Source: an uncultured delta proteobacterium | GTDB taxonomy: Bacteria; Desulfobacterota; BSN033; UBA1163 | Reading direction: 5' to 3' | Assembly (NCBI GenBank): GCA_963827685.1 | Contig: CAWHBU010000006.1 | Span: 352,001-416,000, forward strand | Length of the DNA stretch: 64,000 bases | Shown: positions 28,393 to 38,605 of the stretch, piece by piece | Position numbering within the stretch: the stretch's first letter is position 1 | How the letters are laid out: each line of letters begins with the position of its first letter | Program-made: the position numbers and the translations under genes | The notes under the pieces: generated by a model | Told to the model about the DNA's origin: nothing | The model's database searches: none | Seen by the model: the letters and a program-made list of their open reading frames with translations, nothing else

Positions 28393-29822
28393 TGTCAAGC
28401 CAAAATAGAAATGTCCTCTTCTTACCAAAATAGAAATGTCCTATTCTTCAGATTTGAGATTCTAAGAGTTTTTCTCTGTTATAGGGATGTTTCCTAATCT
28501 TGAACTTCCTCCAAGGATGATCAGCCGGAGGAATGTAAGTCTTCCTCCTTCTCACAATAGCCGGCTGTTTCTTCTCTCTTAGTGGTCTCTCAGTGATCTC
28601 TTTAAATCTCAAAGCTCGACCTTTATGGGTCATGACCATTGATCCGTCGATTCGATCCTGAACCATCACCTTGGAGGCCTTGATCGTATCCTCAACCTGA
28701 TAGAGCTTCCTGTTATGAGCCACCGTAAAGTCATTTCTCAGTGCTCGCTCTGTCTTAATGCATAAGATCGCATCCAGATCCACCCCCTTAGGTAAGGGCC
28801 TGTGGAAATCGTCTTTCTCCTGGGGCCAAACAGAGAACCTCTTGTTATAGAGAGGAAGATATTCCTCTAAGAACTGATTGCCTTCCTCAATCGTCCTGAT
28901 CCCTCTTAAACGCATCTCCTTGACCAGCCTGTCCTGAAGGGTCCGAAAGAGTCGTTCAATCCGCCCCTTGGCCTGCGGCGAATGGGCATGACTGACCTCT
29001 ACCCCCAACTCTTTTAAGGCCCTCTCAAACTCACTTAACGGCCCCACGTCATTTAACTCGTCCTCGATCGTTGGCTTGGCCGTCGACTTATAGGTCGAAT
29101 GCTTATCCAAATACACCTTCATCGGTAAACCGTTTTTCTTGATATAACGCTTGAAGCTATCCATCGCCGGGATCGTCCCCTCATACTCATAGAACCTCCC
29201 AAAGGCTTCCCCGGTAGCATCGTCAATATAGCTCATCAGAACACAGGGGCCACCTCTGTCCTCAAACCAAGCGTGATGGGACCCGTCCATCTGTACCATC
29301 TCGCCGTAATGATGCTTCCGCTCCCTCCACTGACGATGCCTCCCTCTCTTGCGGCTCTTCTTCCAATCCCCCGCCTCGATGAGCCACCTCCGTAAGGTCT
29401 CATCACTGATCTCTATCCTACCCCTTTCCAGAAGCTTCTCCGAGGCCAGGGTCGGCCCAAAACCCTTGTACTGTGCCCGGTAAAGTCGGATCACCCTGTC
29501 CTTAATCTTATAGGGTATCCTCCGGTTTGATGGCCTCCCTCTCGATTTGTGTATGACTCCCCTGTTCCCTTCATTCCTGATCCGCTTCACGATCCTCCGA
29601 ATTTGCCTACCACTCAAGGAAAGAATCTCTGCTGCCTCTACCCGCTTGATGACCCTCTCCAGGACCTTCTGGATGACATGTAACCGCTTTAACTCTCCCT
29701 GACGTACCATGATCATGTCCTCTCCTGCCATCATGCCCTCCTCTGAAAAAGGGCATCTTAGCATGTCGAAAAGAGGACATTTCTAAATTGGTCAATTAGG
29801 ACATTATCATTTTGGGATTACA
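28393..29822 (-). mobile_element. IS1202-family (ISNCY) insertion sequence A, 15-bp direct repeat
   Basis: TGT...ACA ends with repeated AAATGTCC boxes; flanked by AAAAATATTTTCTTG at 28378-28392 and 29823-29837. Confidence 0.88.
28448..29734 (-). CDS. IS1202/ISNCY-family DDE transposase
   Basis: QMDGS.H.W, IDDATG, YLDKHS, SPQAKGRIERLF.TLQDRL, C-terminal DHPWR. Confidence 0.92.
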   Translation of the reverse strand: MMAGEDMIMVRQGELKRLHVIQKVLERVIKRVEAAEILSLSGRQIRRIVKRIRNEGNRGVIHKSRGRPSNRRIPYKIKDRVIRLYRAQYKGFGPTLASEKLLERGRIEISDETLRRWLIEAGDWKKSRKRGRHRQWRERKHHYGEMVQMDGSHHAWFEDRGGPCVLMSYIDDATGEAFGRFYEYEGTIPAMDSFKRYIKKNGLPMKVYLDKHSTYKSTAKPTIEDELNDVGPLSEFERALKELGVEVSHAHSPQAKGRIERLFRTLQDRLVKEMRLRGIRTIEEGNQFLEEYLPLYNKRFSVWPQEKDDFHRPLPKGVDLDAILCIKTERALRNDFTVAHNRKLYQVEDTIKASKVMVQDRIDGSMVMTHKGRALRFKEITERPLREKKQPAIVRRRKTYIPPADHPWRKFKIRKHPYNREKLLESQI

Positions 29823-29835
29823 AAAAATATTTTCT

Positions 29836-31376
29836 TGTGTTAGCAAAGTAGAAATGTCCCCATTAACTGCTTAAGTTAAAATGTCCCCATGGAACAGGAG
29901 AAGATACTCATGGGGCAGAGGGAGTTAAAGAGGTGGCATCTGATGGAGATCGTAAAGGTAGGGAAGATCACCTTGAGGGAGGCTGGAGAGAGGATAGGTG
30001 TGTCCTACCGTCAGGCGAAGCGGATTGGGCAAGCGATCCGGGAGAGAGGGATCAAAGCCTTGGTGCATGGTAACAGGGGACGACCTTCGAACCACCGGCT
30101 CAAGGAGTCCTTACGAGAAAGGGTATTAAAGCTGTCGGAAGAGGTTTACTGGGACTTTAACGATACCCATTTTACGGAGAAACTTCGGGAGTGCGAAGGG
30201 ATCGATTTGAATCGAGAGACGGTGAGGAAGTTACGGCGGGAGGCGGGGATGGCACCCAAGCGCAGGCGTCGGGGACCTAAGCATCGAAAGCGACGGGAGC
30301 GAATGGCTCAAGAAGGATGGATGGTCCTCTGGGATGGGAGTCCCCACCCCTGGTTTGGCCGAGACCTTCCACCTTGCTGTCTGATGGCTGCCATCGATGA
30401 TGCGACCGGGAAACTGCTGGCCGCCCGTTTCTTTCCCTTTGAAGGTTCCGCAGGCTATTTCTGGCTTCTTAAAGAGATGATTAAAAAATATGGAATCCCA
30501 ATGATGATCTATCAGGATCGCCACGGGTCGTTGCATCGGAATGACCCTCACTGGAGCTTGGAAGAGCAACTCGCTGGCCGACAGGAACCGACTCAAGTCG
30601 GATTAGCTCTCGAAGCCTTGGGGATTGAGCCGATCTCGGCTCTTTCTCCTCAGGCCAAAGGAAGGATAGAAAAACTCTTTGCCACCCTGCAGGATCGTCT
30701 GGGAGCAGAACTCCGTTTAAAAGAAATTGTAACGATGGAAGAGGCCAATCGCTTTTTACAATCAACCTTTTTAAAAGACTTTAACCGTCGCTTTGCCGTC
30801 AGACCCAGAGAATCCCAAAAAGCCTGGAGAGAAGTCCCAAACCATCTGGACCTGGATCGAATCATCAGCTTTCGCTATACGGCTACGGTCGGCAACGATA
30901 ATACGGCTCGGCTGGGAGGATTGGTTCTCGATATTCCCCCTGGCCCTCAAAGAAGATCCTATGCGAAGCTCAAGGTGGAAGCTCGGCAGCTTCTCAACGG
31001 ATCTTGGAGAATCTACGCTCAAGATCAGTTGATTGCGAAACATCCTCCTACTTCCCTCCGGGAACCGGTGAGAGCTCTTCCCCGAAAGAAACACCATGCA
31101 AAAGGAGTTAAAGATTACCACTGGGTCTATCTCGCTTCAGCACCCTCCAGGGAAGGTGACCCTTACCCCCTGCTCATCGAACATCGTTGATTGTAGCGCA
31201 ACCTGGCGATTCACATTTCGCTTGTTGCCCATTAATAGGGATCTCTTATGAGAGCTCACTTAAAAAAAAGAAACTCAAATTGAAGTTCATCCACTCACTC
31301 AAGGGTCAAGATCAAAACCCTTGGAGGGGACATTTTCACGTTGCAGTTAAGGGGACATATTGACTTCGCTTAAACA
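29836..31376 (+). mobile_element. IS1202-family (ISNCY) insertion sequence B, 15-bp direct repeat
   Basis: Ends TGTGTTAGCAAAGTAGAAATGTCCCC and (rc) TGTTTAAGCGAAGTCAATATGTCCCC; DR AGAAAAATATTTTCT at 28376-28390 and 31377-31391. Confidence 0.88.
29889..31190 (+). CDS. IS1202/ISNCY-family DDE transposase
   Basis: WDGSPH.W, IDDATG, YQDRH, SPQAKGRIEKLF.TLQDRL. Confidence 0.92.
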   Translation: MEQEKILMGQRELKRWHLMEIVKVGKITLREAGERIGVSYRQAKRIGQAIRERGIKALVHGNRGRPSNHRLKESLRERVLKLSEEVYWDFNDTHFTEKLRECEGIDLNRETVRKLRREAGMAPKRRRRGPKHRKRRERMAQEGWMVLWDGSPHPWFGRDLPPCCLMAAIDDATGKLLAARFFPFEGSAGYFWLLKEMIKKYGIPMMIYQDRHGSLHRNDPHWSLEEQLAGRQEPTQVGLALEALGIEPISALSPQAKGRIEKLFATLQDRLGAELRLKEIVTMEEANRFLQSTFLKDFNRRFAVRPRESQKAWREVPNHLDLDRIISFRYTATVGNDNTARLGGLVLDIPPGPQRRSYAKLKVEARQLLNGSWRIYAQDQLIAKHPPTSLREPVRALPRKKHHAKGVKDYHWVYLASAPSREGDPYPLLIEHR

Positions 31377-31573
31377 AGAAAAATATTTTCTATTCCCAAT
31401 TTGCTTGTTGGCCAGTATTTTCATAATCTTCAAATGTCTGAAGGGAAAGAAAAAATCGAGCGATTAAGATAGCAAAGGCCAGAAGTTTTTTGTTAGACAA
31501 TTTTTTTTAGGATTGATATCTATGTAGATCTCCATTTCGAAATCGATACTTCTCACAATCTGAAGGGGGTAAG

Positions 31574-32458
31574 ATGGCCAGATTTAAGCCTATCAGGCAA
31601 CTTCGACTTTCAGAAGAAATTGTCGCACAGCTCAAGGAATCTATTTTGCTGGGCCATTTCAAGGCTGGAGATAAACTGCCAGCAGAGCGAGACTTGGCAG
31701 AACAGTTTCACGCGAGTCGTGTGGTGATTCGGGAGGCTCTTCGGAAATTGGAGAATTCTGGATTTATAGTTACTCGGCAGGGGGCTACCGGTGGCGCTTA
31801 TGTGACCGATCTGACATTCGAACACCTGGCCGATGCTTTTTTAGATTTATTCTTAGCCGAAAAGATTTCCATTCCTGAAATGCATCAGGTGAGAATTCTT
31901 GTGGAACCCAAAGTGGCCCGATTGGCAGCCTTGAAAGTCACCCCAGAATACATTCAACGGCTGAAGGATGCTTTAGAGGCCGAGGAGCTCCCTATATCAT
32001 CCTTATCTGAAGACGTGGAAGGGAAACAAAAGGTGCATTTAATTTTAGCTGAGATGTGTGGCAACCGTTTCCTTGAAGCTCTTGTCGGATCTTTAACGAG
32101 ATTAACCAGGAGGGCAGTAGAAGCGGTAGAGGCTGACCCTCATTACATGCATCCTCCAGGAATGCACAGCCCGATTGTGGAGGCGGTGTTGAAAAGGGAT
32201 AGTGAGGCAGCGGCAGCGGCGATGGAAAAACATATCATTGAATTTGGTGAAAATCTTATTAAGATGGAAAAGACCTATCGCGAAAAAAAATGTTATCATT
32301 TTTTGAGCTGCAGTCCGATAAAGGATTGGGTGAAAACCGTTGAGTCACCACCCTCCATATCTTCCTCCCCAGTCTCGCGGCCTCTGACATCTCAGATTCT
32401 TACCCAGTCGTTTGGCTTTCCTCTCAACGGTCTTCAACCTCGGGGATATCACGGATGA
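31574..32458 (+). CDS. GntR/FadR-family regulator (last ~55 aa probably a non-native read-through)
   Basis: GDKLPAERDLAEQF..SR..IREAL HTH plus FCD domain (H..LAEMCGN). Confidence 0.85.
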   Translation: MARFKPIRQLRLSEEIVAQLKESILLGHFKAGDKLPAERDLAEQFHASRVVIREALRKLENSGFIVTRQGATGGAYVTDLTFEHLADAFLDLFLAEKISIPEMHQVRILVEPKVARLAALKVTPEYIQRLKDALEAEELPISSLSEDVEGKQKVHLILAEMCGNRFLEALVGSLTRLTRRAVEAVEADPHYMHPPGMHSPIVEAVLKRDSEAAAAAMEKHIIEFGENLIKMEKTYREKKCYHFLSCSPIKDWVKTVESPPSISSSPVSRPLTSQILTQSFGFPLNGLQPRGYHG

Positions 32459-32566
32459 AAGGCATATTCTGTTCTTTGGGGCCTTGCCAGTGGCAAAACT
32501 AAAACATCAGGAAAGCCTCCGTGGATAGCCTCCTGTTCAGTATTGAAACTCCGGCTCACTCAATAT

Positions 32567-33919
32567 CTATTTGTACACGCCGTATTCCTTGGTGAAATCA
32601 ACCATCGCCTTGACATTCTCCGGCTTTGCCTCGTCGAAAAACGCGCCATTGCCCATGATGAAACCACCGCCTTTGCCAGCAGTTTTGATGAGTTTCTTGC
32701 AGTAAGCTTTCACTTCATCTGGTGTGGCTAATCCCAACATGGAGGAGGGCACATTGCCGATGAGGCAAGCATTCTTACCCAATGTTTCCTTGGCTTTCGC
32801 CATATCTGTCTGGTCAACCATCCATACCGTTTTACCTTTCGGTATGTCTTGGATAACTTTCAGACGCGAGCCCCAATGCCCCTCAAGCGCAGGAAATGGT
32901 ATGCATCCCCCCTCAATTAGGCCCAACATGACCTGTTTAAAGGTAGGCCAGTAGAATTTCTTAAACTGCTCATCGGACAAGAAGCCATCAGCACCTTTAT
33001 GGAGGGGCATGAATATGAGAGGATTTCCGGTCTGTTGTGCTGCACCCAACCCCAGACTAATCATGATCGGCGTTATCGTTTCCAGGGCTTCGAGGAGCTT
33101 ATCGGGCCGCCGGTACATATCCAGCATGATCCCTTTGGTGCCCCTGAGGGTGTCGCCAATGGTGTCAAACGGCGCCTTGGTAAATCCGCCAAGGATATCC
33201 GGAAACCCCAGTGATGCCAACTCACCATTTGAACCACCCATAACCATCGCCCATTTCAGGGCTTCAGCCCCGGCCTCAAAAAGGGCCTTATAGGTGGCTT
33301 GAACAGGGGGTAGAGCATAAGGGATGAAACTAAAGGCAACCCCGTACATTTCGAGTATGCCGGTGAGCGGGGGAAGCATCTGGAATCCCTGGAGCGCCCC
33401 GAATACACGCGGCAGGTAGAAATTCCTGAAGTAAAACGACGGGTCGGTAATCAAGAGATCATATTCCTCCGCCTTCATGTATTCTCCCTCGTTGCACTGG
33501 TAGCTATGTTCAGGCGCGACCCCATGCCCCGGCCAGGAGTATAACTTGTAGTCAAGGATCTCATAGAACTTTCCCGGACCCGGCGCTGCAGCGCCTATAT
33601 GCATATCCGGCTTAAAGTCCAAGATGAATTTCTTAAAGGCCGCAGCGCATTTGTCGTAGTCATACATAGCCTCTTGAACGGTCATCCCGGCATTAATAAA
33701 AGGGAACATGCTGGGAAGTAGCGTGACCGGTACTCTGTCCGGAATCTTTTTCAACTGAATGGCATCCTTGATTCTGGTTATGCTTGCTTTATAGTTAGCC
33801 TCTGCTTCCTTGCTTTGGAATTTAAGGTCATTCCCCTCAGGGTCTTTCGGCCTAAGCAACTTTTGAAACTGCGCCTCGTGCTTTTCGTCTGCTGTCATCT
33901 CTCCCCATTTCTTTTCCAT
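32567..33919 (-). CDS. Uroporphyrinogen-decarboxylase-fold methyltransferase (substrate:corrinoid methyltransferase, O-demethylase MT1-like)
   Basis: PDRVPV, PFD.IGDTLRG, FMPLHKG..GFLS..QFKKFYWP, EYGVY; directly downstream of the corrinoid protein. Confidence 0.8.
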   Translation of the reverse strand: MEKKWGEMTADEKHEAQFQKLLRPKDPEGNDLKFQSKEAEANYKASITRIKDAIQLKKIPDRVPVTLLPSMFPFINAGMTVQEAMYDYDKCAAAFKKFILDFKPDMHIGAAAPGPGKFYEILDYKLYSWPGHGVAPEHSYQCNEGEYMKAEEYDLLITDPSFYFRNFYLPRVFGALQGFQMLPPLTGILEMYGVAFSFIPYALPPVQATYKALFEAGAEALKWAMVMGGSNGELASLGFPDILGGFTKAPFDTIGDTLRGTKGIMLDMYRRPDKLLEALETITPIMISLGLGAAQQTGNPLIFMPLHKGADGFLSDEQFKKFYWPTFKQVMLGLIEGGCIPFPALEGHWGSRLKVIQDIPKGKTVWMVDQTDMAKAKETLGKNACLIGNVPSSMLGLATPDEVKAYCKKLIKTAGKGGGFIMGNGAFFDEAKPENVKAMVDFTKEYGVYK

Positions 33920-33923
33920 GTTC

Positions 33924-34553
33924 TTACCCTCCTATCCAGCCCTTGGCCAATTTAACAGCCGCCATGGCGTCTTTCCCATAGGCATCCGCTCCTGTAAAAC
34001 CCTTCACCTGATCGTCAATCTGGCCACCTCCGATCATGATTTTTACCTCATTTCGGAGCCCTGCCTTTTTGATCGCCTCGATGGTATCTTTCATGGATTG
34101 AAAAGCCAAGGTTAGGAAGCCGCTCATTCCAACCACCTTACTTCCAGTCTTTTTAATGGACTCTACGAATTTTTCCGCCGGCACATCAATGCCAAGATCG
34201 AGGACTTCAAACCCATTGACATCGAGCATAAAGACGACAATATCCTTGCCGATGTCATGGATATCTCCGGCAACCGTGCCTACCACTACCTTACCCAGGC
34301 GCTTCGCCGCCGCTGCCTTGGTGAGCTTCGGCTTAACCATATCGGTTATTTGCTTCAATATCTCACCGGAGTACACCAGGTCAGGGATGAAATATTCGCA
34401 ATCGGAAAAGCGCTTGCCTACGATCTCAAGGGCACGTTTGGCATCGTCGAGAATCTTGAGCGGATCTTCCCCAGCGCTCAGTCGATCCTCAACAATCTTA
34501 AGAGCCTCCTTCTCCTTCAAATCAGCTAATGTCTTAACAAGATCTTTGGCCAT
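33924..34553 (-). CDS. Corrinoid (B12-binding) protein
   Basis: GTVAGDIHDIGKDIV, SGFLT, IGGG. Confidence 0.92.
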   Translation of the reverse strand: MAKDLVKTLADLKEKEALKIVEDRLSAGEDPLKILDDAKRALEIVGKRFSDCEYFIPDLVYSGEILKQITDMVKPKLTKAAAAKRLGKVVVGTVAGDIHDIGKDIVVFMLDVNGFEVLDLGIDVPAEKFVESIKKTGSKVVGMSGFLTLAFQSMKDTIEAIKKAGLRNEVKIMIGGGQIDDQVKGFTGADAYGKDAMAAVKLAKGWIGG

Positions 34554-34875
34554 GTTCCTTTACCTCCTTGACGATATTGGGATCTGAAATGTTTTCACGT
34601 TAATAGATCGACCTCAGTGGCCACCTCTCTTCATCCACCTTGCCCAATCCTCTCGACCGAAAATAATGAACCCCAAATATACCAGAGTCGATAGTATATC
34701 ATCTTGATCTTATTTTCTGCAACCTTTTCTGCAAGGTTTTGACAGACGCCGGTAACAGGAACGAAGACCAGTCCGAAGAGGGGACTGATACGGCAATCCT
34801 CTCCTCTTTTTTATATCTCATTGCAGAGTGTTCAAAACTCTCTTGAAGCCTTGCAATGCAGTCTATAATATCGTT

Positions 34876-35886
34876 TTAGTCCCATTGATATGGAACCATA
34901 TCGTAATATCTTACCCATTCCTGGGCCGAGCCATCAAAGAACTTTACATTTTCATATCCCAATACCTGTGTCAGCACATACCACCAGGAGCTGGCATATC
35001 CGCCTACGCCACAGTAGACAATAATCTCTTTGTCCCTGTGTCTACCGTACCTACCGATTACACCGGAGGCCATTGCTCCAAGTATCTTTTTGTCCTTATA
35101 AGTGTAATAAGTGTAAGTTTCCTTCTCCGTTTTCAATTCCTGCAATTTCCACATCCAGGGAGTAGGCAAAGATCTGGCAGTCGGGATATGTCCCTCCTTC
35201 GGGGCAAAAGGCTCAATCGCCGCCCCGAAGTAAACTTCCGCATCTCTGGCGTCGATAATGACAGGTCTCCCGATATGCCTTCGAACATATTCAATAGAAA
35301 CAAACATTTCCTTATTCACTTTAGCTTGGTACGTAGCCGGTGTCGCATTCGTGGGGTCCTTACTGATAGGTCTTCCCTCTGCCGCCCACTTGGGGTGTCC
35401 GCCATCAACAATAGCAACGTTCTTTACCCCTGCATAGATGAGGGTAAGGGCAACCCTTGTGGCATTCGCAAAACCGTAGAATGGAGGTTCGCCGGGATTG
35501 GGTGCAGTAACAATCACGACCCGTGAATCCCTTGATATCCCGAGGTTTCCGATGGTAATAACTAGATTATTTACGTTCGGTACTTGAAGCCAAAGGCAAT
35601 CATCACTCCCGATTATCCAATTAGAACTCGGACCGCGGCAGGTGGGATCAAAAGCTGTTACAAAAGGTTCATTGATTGACCCGGGTATGTGACCCGCTGC
35701 ATAATCTGCAGGACTTCTGATATCGAGAATTACAACCTCTGCGCTATGGGCAGATAACCAGTCCGTGGAAATGATGGAATCAATTCTCCGACCCGAATGC
35801 GAATCGGTTCCAGCGTAAGCTCCCACAGTAAGTAATCCTCCCAATGCTAAAACACTCACCATAGCCATTAATAATTCTCTTCTCAT
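34876..35886 (-). CDS. Secreted tandem-rhodanese sulfurtransferase
   Basis: Signal peptide, GHIPGS, GHIPTA, catalytic YCGVG, DGS..EW; start revised to 35886. Confidence 0.85.
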   Translation of the reverse strand: MRRELLMAMVSVLALGGLLTVGAYAGTDSHSGRRIDSIISTDWLSAHSAEVVILDIRSPADYAAGHIPGSINEPFVTAFDPTCRGPSSNWIIGSDDCLWLQVPNVNNLVITIGNLGISRDSRVVIVTAPNPGEPPFYGFANATRVALTLIYAGVKNVAIVDGGHPKWAAEGRPISKDPTNATPATYQAKVNKEMFVSIEYVRRHIGRPVIIDARDAEVYFGAAIEPFAPKEGHIPTARSLPTPWMWKLQELKTEKETYTYYTYKDKKILGAMASGVIGRYGRHRDKEIIVYCGVGGYASSWWYVLTQVLGYENVKFFDGSAQEWVRYYDMVPYQWD

Positions 35887-36091
35887 GATTCCCCCTCCTT
35901 TCGTCATCTCACGTAAGTTGTTTAAGATTCGCTTGAGCCAATTTCTGAAAATTAAAACCATAAGCCTATTAGACGAAAGTCTTCTCTCATCTCTCACCCC
36001 CTTTCATGGTGCACGAATAAGCCATCTTCCTTAAACCTTCAAATAATTGGGATAAGAACACCCCAACACACTTACCATCACGCCCAAGTAA

Positions 36092-36219
36092 ACCCCGTTA
36101 GAAATTCCAGTCGTTGCGACTCGAAGCCGAGCGGGGCATTGAACCCCGCCGGAATTATTTGGAATGTAATCTAGCTATAGCGGGCCTGCAGAACAGCGGG
36201 GCATTATTTCTAACGGGGT
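36092..36219. mobile_element. 128-bp MITE-like element with 14-bp perfect TIR ACCCCGTTAGAAAT
   Basis: ACCCCGTTAGAAAT...ATTTCTAACGGGGT; GTAAACC overlaps both junctions as a direct repeat. Confidence 0.7.
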
Positions 36220-36231
36220 AAACCAAAAAAA

Positions 36232-36939
36232 TCATAATCCTAAATAGGCTTTCCTGACATAATCATTTTTGAGTAAATCTCTACTTTTTCCTTCTGAGAC
36301 GATCCGGCCGTTTTCCAATACGTAAGCTCTATCCGCTATCTCTAAGGTTTGTTGAACGTTTTGCTCAACCAGTAAGATCGTCATCCCTTGATCACGAAGG
36401 GTTTTGGCGACATTAAAAATTTCCTTTACCAATAATGGCGCCAGTCCGTAAGAGGGTTCATCAAGCGCGCAAAGTCTGGGTCTTGACATCAATCCTCGCC
36501 CTATGGCTAACATTTGCCTCTCGCCACCGCTCAGGGTCCTGGCTAATTGTCTTTCTCTCTCTTTGAGGATAGGAAACATTTTGTATACCTGTTCAAGCAT
36601 TTCCTCTCTGTTTCTCCACGTTGCATTACTATAAGCACCCATATCTAAGTTTTCGCGAACCGTCATATCCGGGAAGGGTTTTCCGCCCTCTGGGATATGA
36701 GAAATACCTATCTTAACAATTTGATAAGAAAGCATCCGATCTATCCTCAGACCGCAGAATTGCATGGAACCTGAAGTAGGATGTATCAACCCAGAGATCG
36801 TATTGAGCATCGTTGTCTTACCCGCTCCATTCGCTCCGACTAAGGCAACGATCTCTTTCTCATCTACTCTCAGAGAAACGTCCCATAAAGCCCGGATGTT
36901 CCCATAAAATGCGTTAACGGCATTCACTTCCAACATCAT
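36232..36939 (-). CDS. ABC ATP-binding protein (LivF-like)
   Basis: GANGAGKTT, LSGGERQM. Confidence 0.92.
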   Translation of the reverse strand: MMLEVNAVNAFYGNIRALWDVSLRVDEKEIVALVGANGAGKTTMLNTISGLIHPTSGSMQFCGLRIDRMLSYQIVKIGISHIPEGGKPFPDMTVRENLDMGAYSNATWRNREEMLEQVYKMFPILKERERQLARTLSGGERQMLAIGRGLMSRPRLCALDEPSYGLAPLLVKEIFNVAKTLRDQGMTILLVEQNVQQTLEIADRAYVLENGRIVSEGKSRDLLKNDYVRKAYLGL

Positions 36940-36941
36940 GA

Positions 36942-37661
36942 CTATTTCCCCAAATAGACCTCAATCACGGTTTGATTGTTCGTTATCTGTTGTGGCGTTC
37001 CTTCGGCAATTTTTTCGCCGTGATGGAGGACAATCAGTCGGTCACATATACCCATAATTGCTTTCATGACATGCTCAATCATAAATATGGTAATCCCTCT
37101 CTCCCGGATCCTGGTAACCAACTCCATAGCCTCCGTTGTCTCTGTAGGATTCAGACCGGCTATCAGCTCATCAAGTAACAATAGTTCTGGTTTGGTGGCT
37201 AACGCTCTCGCGACTTCAAGTCGCTTCTGGTTAGCCAGGGTGATATCTTTGGCAGGAATCGCTCTCACTGCTGACAACCCCACAAACTCTAATGACTCCA
37301 TCGCCTCTCGGGTGGCATCCGCTGATGACATGCCGGTTGACCTCCCGAATAACGAGCCTAACAATACATTTCCAAGAACTGCCATATTGCCAAAAACTTT
37401 TACCGATTGAAAAGTCCTGGCCACTCCCGCCCTACAGATTTGATGTGGCTTTAAGCCACTAATCTTTCGGCCCTTAAATCTTATCACCCCTGGTTTAGGA
37501 ACAAGAGCAGCCGATATTAAATTGAACAGCGTTGTTTTGCCGGCCCCATTGGGACCAATCAGACCAACGATTTCGCCCTGGTCAACATGGAAATCGACAT
37601 TTGATATTGCGGTTAGCCCTCCAAAATGTTTGGTCACCCCTTCCCCTTCAAGTATTTGCAT
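36942..37661 (-). CDS. ABC ATP-binding protein (LivG-like)
   Basis: GPNGAGKTT, ARTFQ, LLLDE. Confidence 0.92.
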   Translation of the reverse strand: MQILEGEGVTKHFGGLTAISNVDFHVDQGEIVGLIGPNGAGKTTLFNLISAALVPKPGVIRFKGRKISGLKPHQICRAGVARTFQSVKVFGNMAVLGNVLLGSLFGRSTGMSSADATREAMESLEFVGLSAVRAIPAKDITLANQKRLEVARALATKPELLLLDELIAGLNPTETTEAMELVTRIRERGITIFMIEHVMKAIMGICDRLIVLHHGEKIAEGTPQQITNNQTVIEVYLGK

Positions 37662-38601
37662 GCGGCCGTTTCAAACCTCCTTTCCGCCACCTTTGCATCA
37701 AACCAACCAGTCCATTGGGCAAGTATAATATAGCAACCACCATGATAATGCCGAAAATAAGCATATAGTAATAGGGAAACCGGGTGATTAAAAATTCTTC
37801 CAGATAGGTAAGGATCGCCGCGCCTATGATAGGACCATAAAGTTGCCCCATTCCACCAAAGATGGCCATCAAAACCGGCATAAAAGAAATGAGGGGATTA
37901 AAGGCAATCCTGGGGTCAATATACGTCCATCGTGTCGCCATGGTTGCCCCGGCTGCCCCTATGAAAAAAGCACTGATGGCAAAGGTGATGGTTTTCAAAA
38001 CCGTTACATTGATGCCTGTGTGAGCTGCGGCTTCCTCACATTCTCCGATACTCTGCAAGGCTAACCCAAATTTAGAATGTTTGATAAAGTAGGCGGTAAT
38101 CATTAATACCGTAAAAATAATTAGCATGATGTAATAAACAGCCGTGTTATCCATGGTGGGGACCACTCGGCCAGTCGTCCCCGTTATATTTACTTCCCAC
38201 CACAGGACAGAATGTAACAGGAGCTCAACGAGTCCGAAAGTAAACATAACAAAATAGATGCCCCTCAGCCTCAGAGTCAAAGCACCAACGAGAAGAGCAA
38301 GAAAAAAACTGGCTAGACCACCCATCCCAATAACGGCAGACAAAGGGAACACAAGCCCGAGTAGAGCCGAGGTATATACGCCGATCCCGAAGAATGCCGC
38401 GGGCGCCAGTGAGATATAACCGGTAGGACCGGAAAACATTGCCCAACTCACCGTAATGATGATATACATGAAGATGCTGCTTAATAATACAACCGTATAA
38501 CCCCGGGAATAGAGGGGTAAGGTAGCTAGTAGGAACAATATGATGAGAATCATTGACCCTGATAACAAGGACCTCTTGGGTGTAAATGTGGTAATACCCA
38601 T
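37648..38601 (-). CDS. Liv-type ABC permease (LivM-like)
   Basis: GYISLAPAAFFGIG, LRLRGIYF. Confidence 0.88.
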   Translation of the reverse strand: MGITTFTPKRSLLSGSMILIILFLLATLPLYSRGYTVVLLSSIFMYIIITVSWAMFSGPTGYISLAPAAFFGIGVYTSALLGLVFPLSAVIGMGGLASFFLALLVGALTLRLRGIYFVMFTFGLVELLLHSVLWWEVNITGTTGRVVPTMDNTAVYYIMLIIFTVLMITAYFIKHSKFGLALQSIGECEEAAAHTGINVTVLKTITFAISAFFIGAAGATMATRWTYIDPRIAFNPLISFMPVLMAIFGGMGQLYGPIIGAAILTYLEEFLITRFPYYYMLIFGIIMVVAILYLPNGLVGLMQRWRKGGLKRPHANT

Positions 38602-38605
38602 TCCT

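Noticed and set aside
34560-34870. Cobalamin riboswitch upstream of the corrinoid protein
   Set aside because: No recognisable B12 box or conserved core found; only a short TTTTCTGCAA direct repeat.
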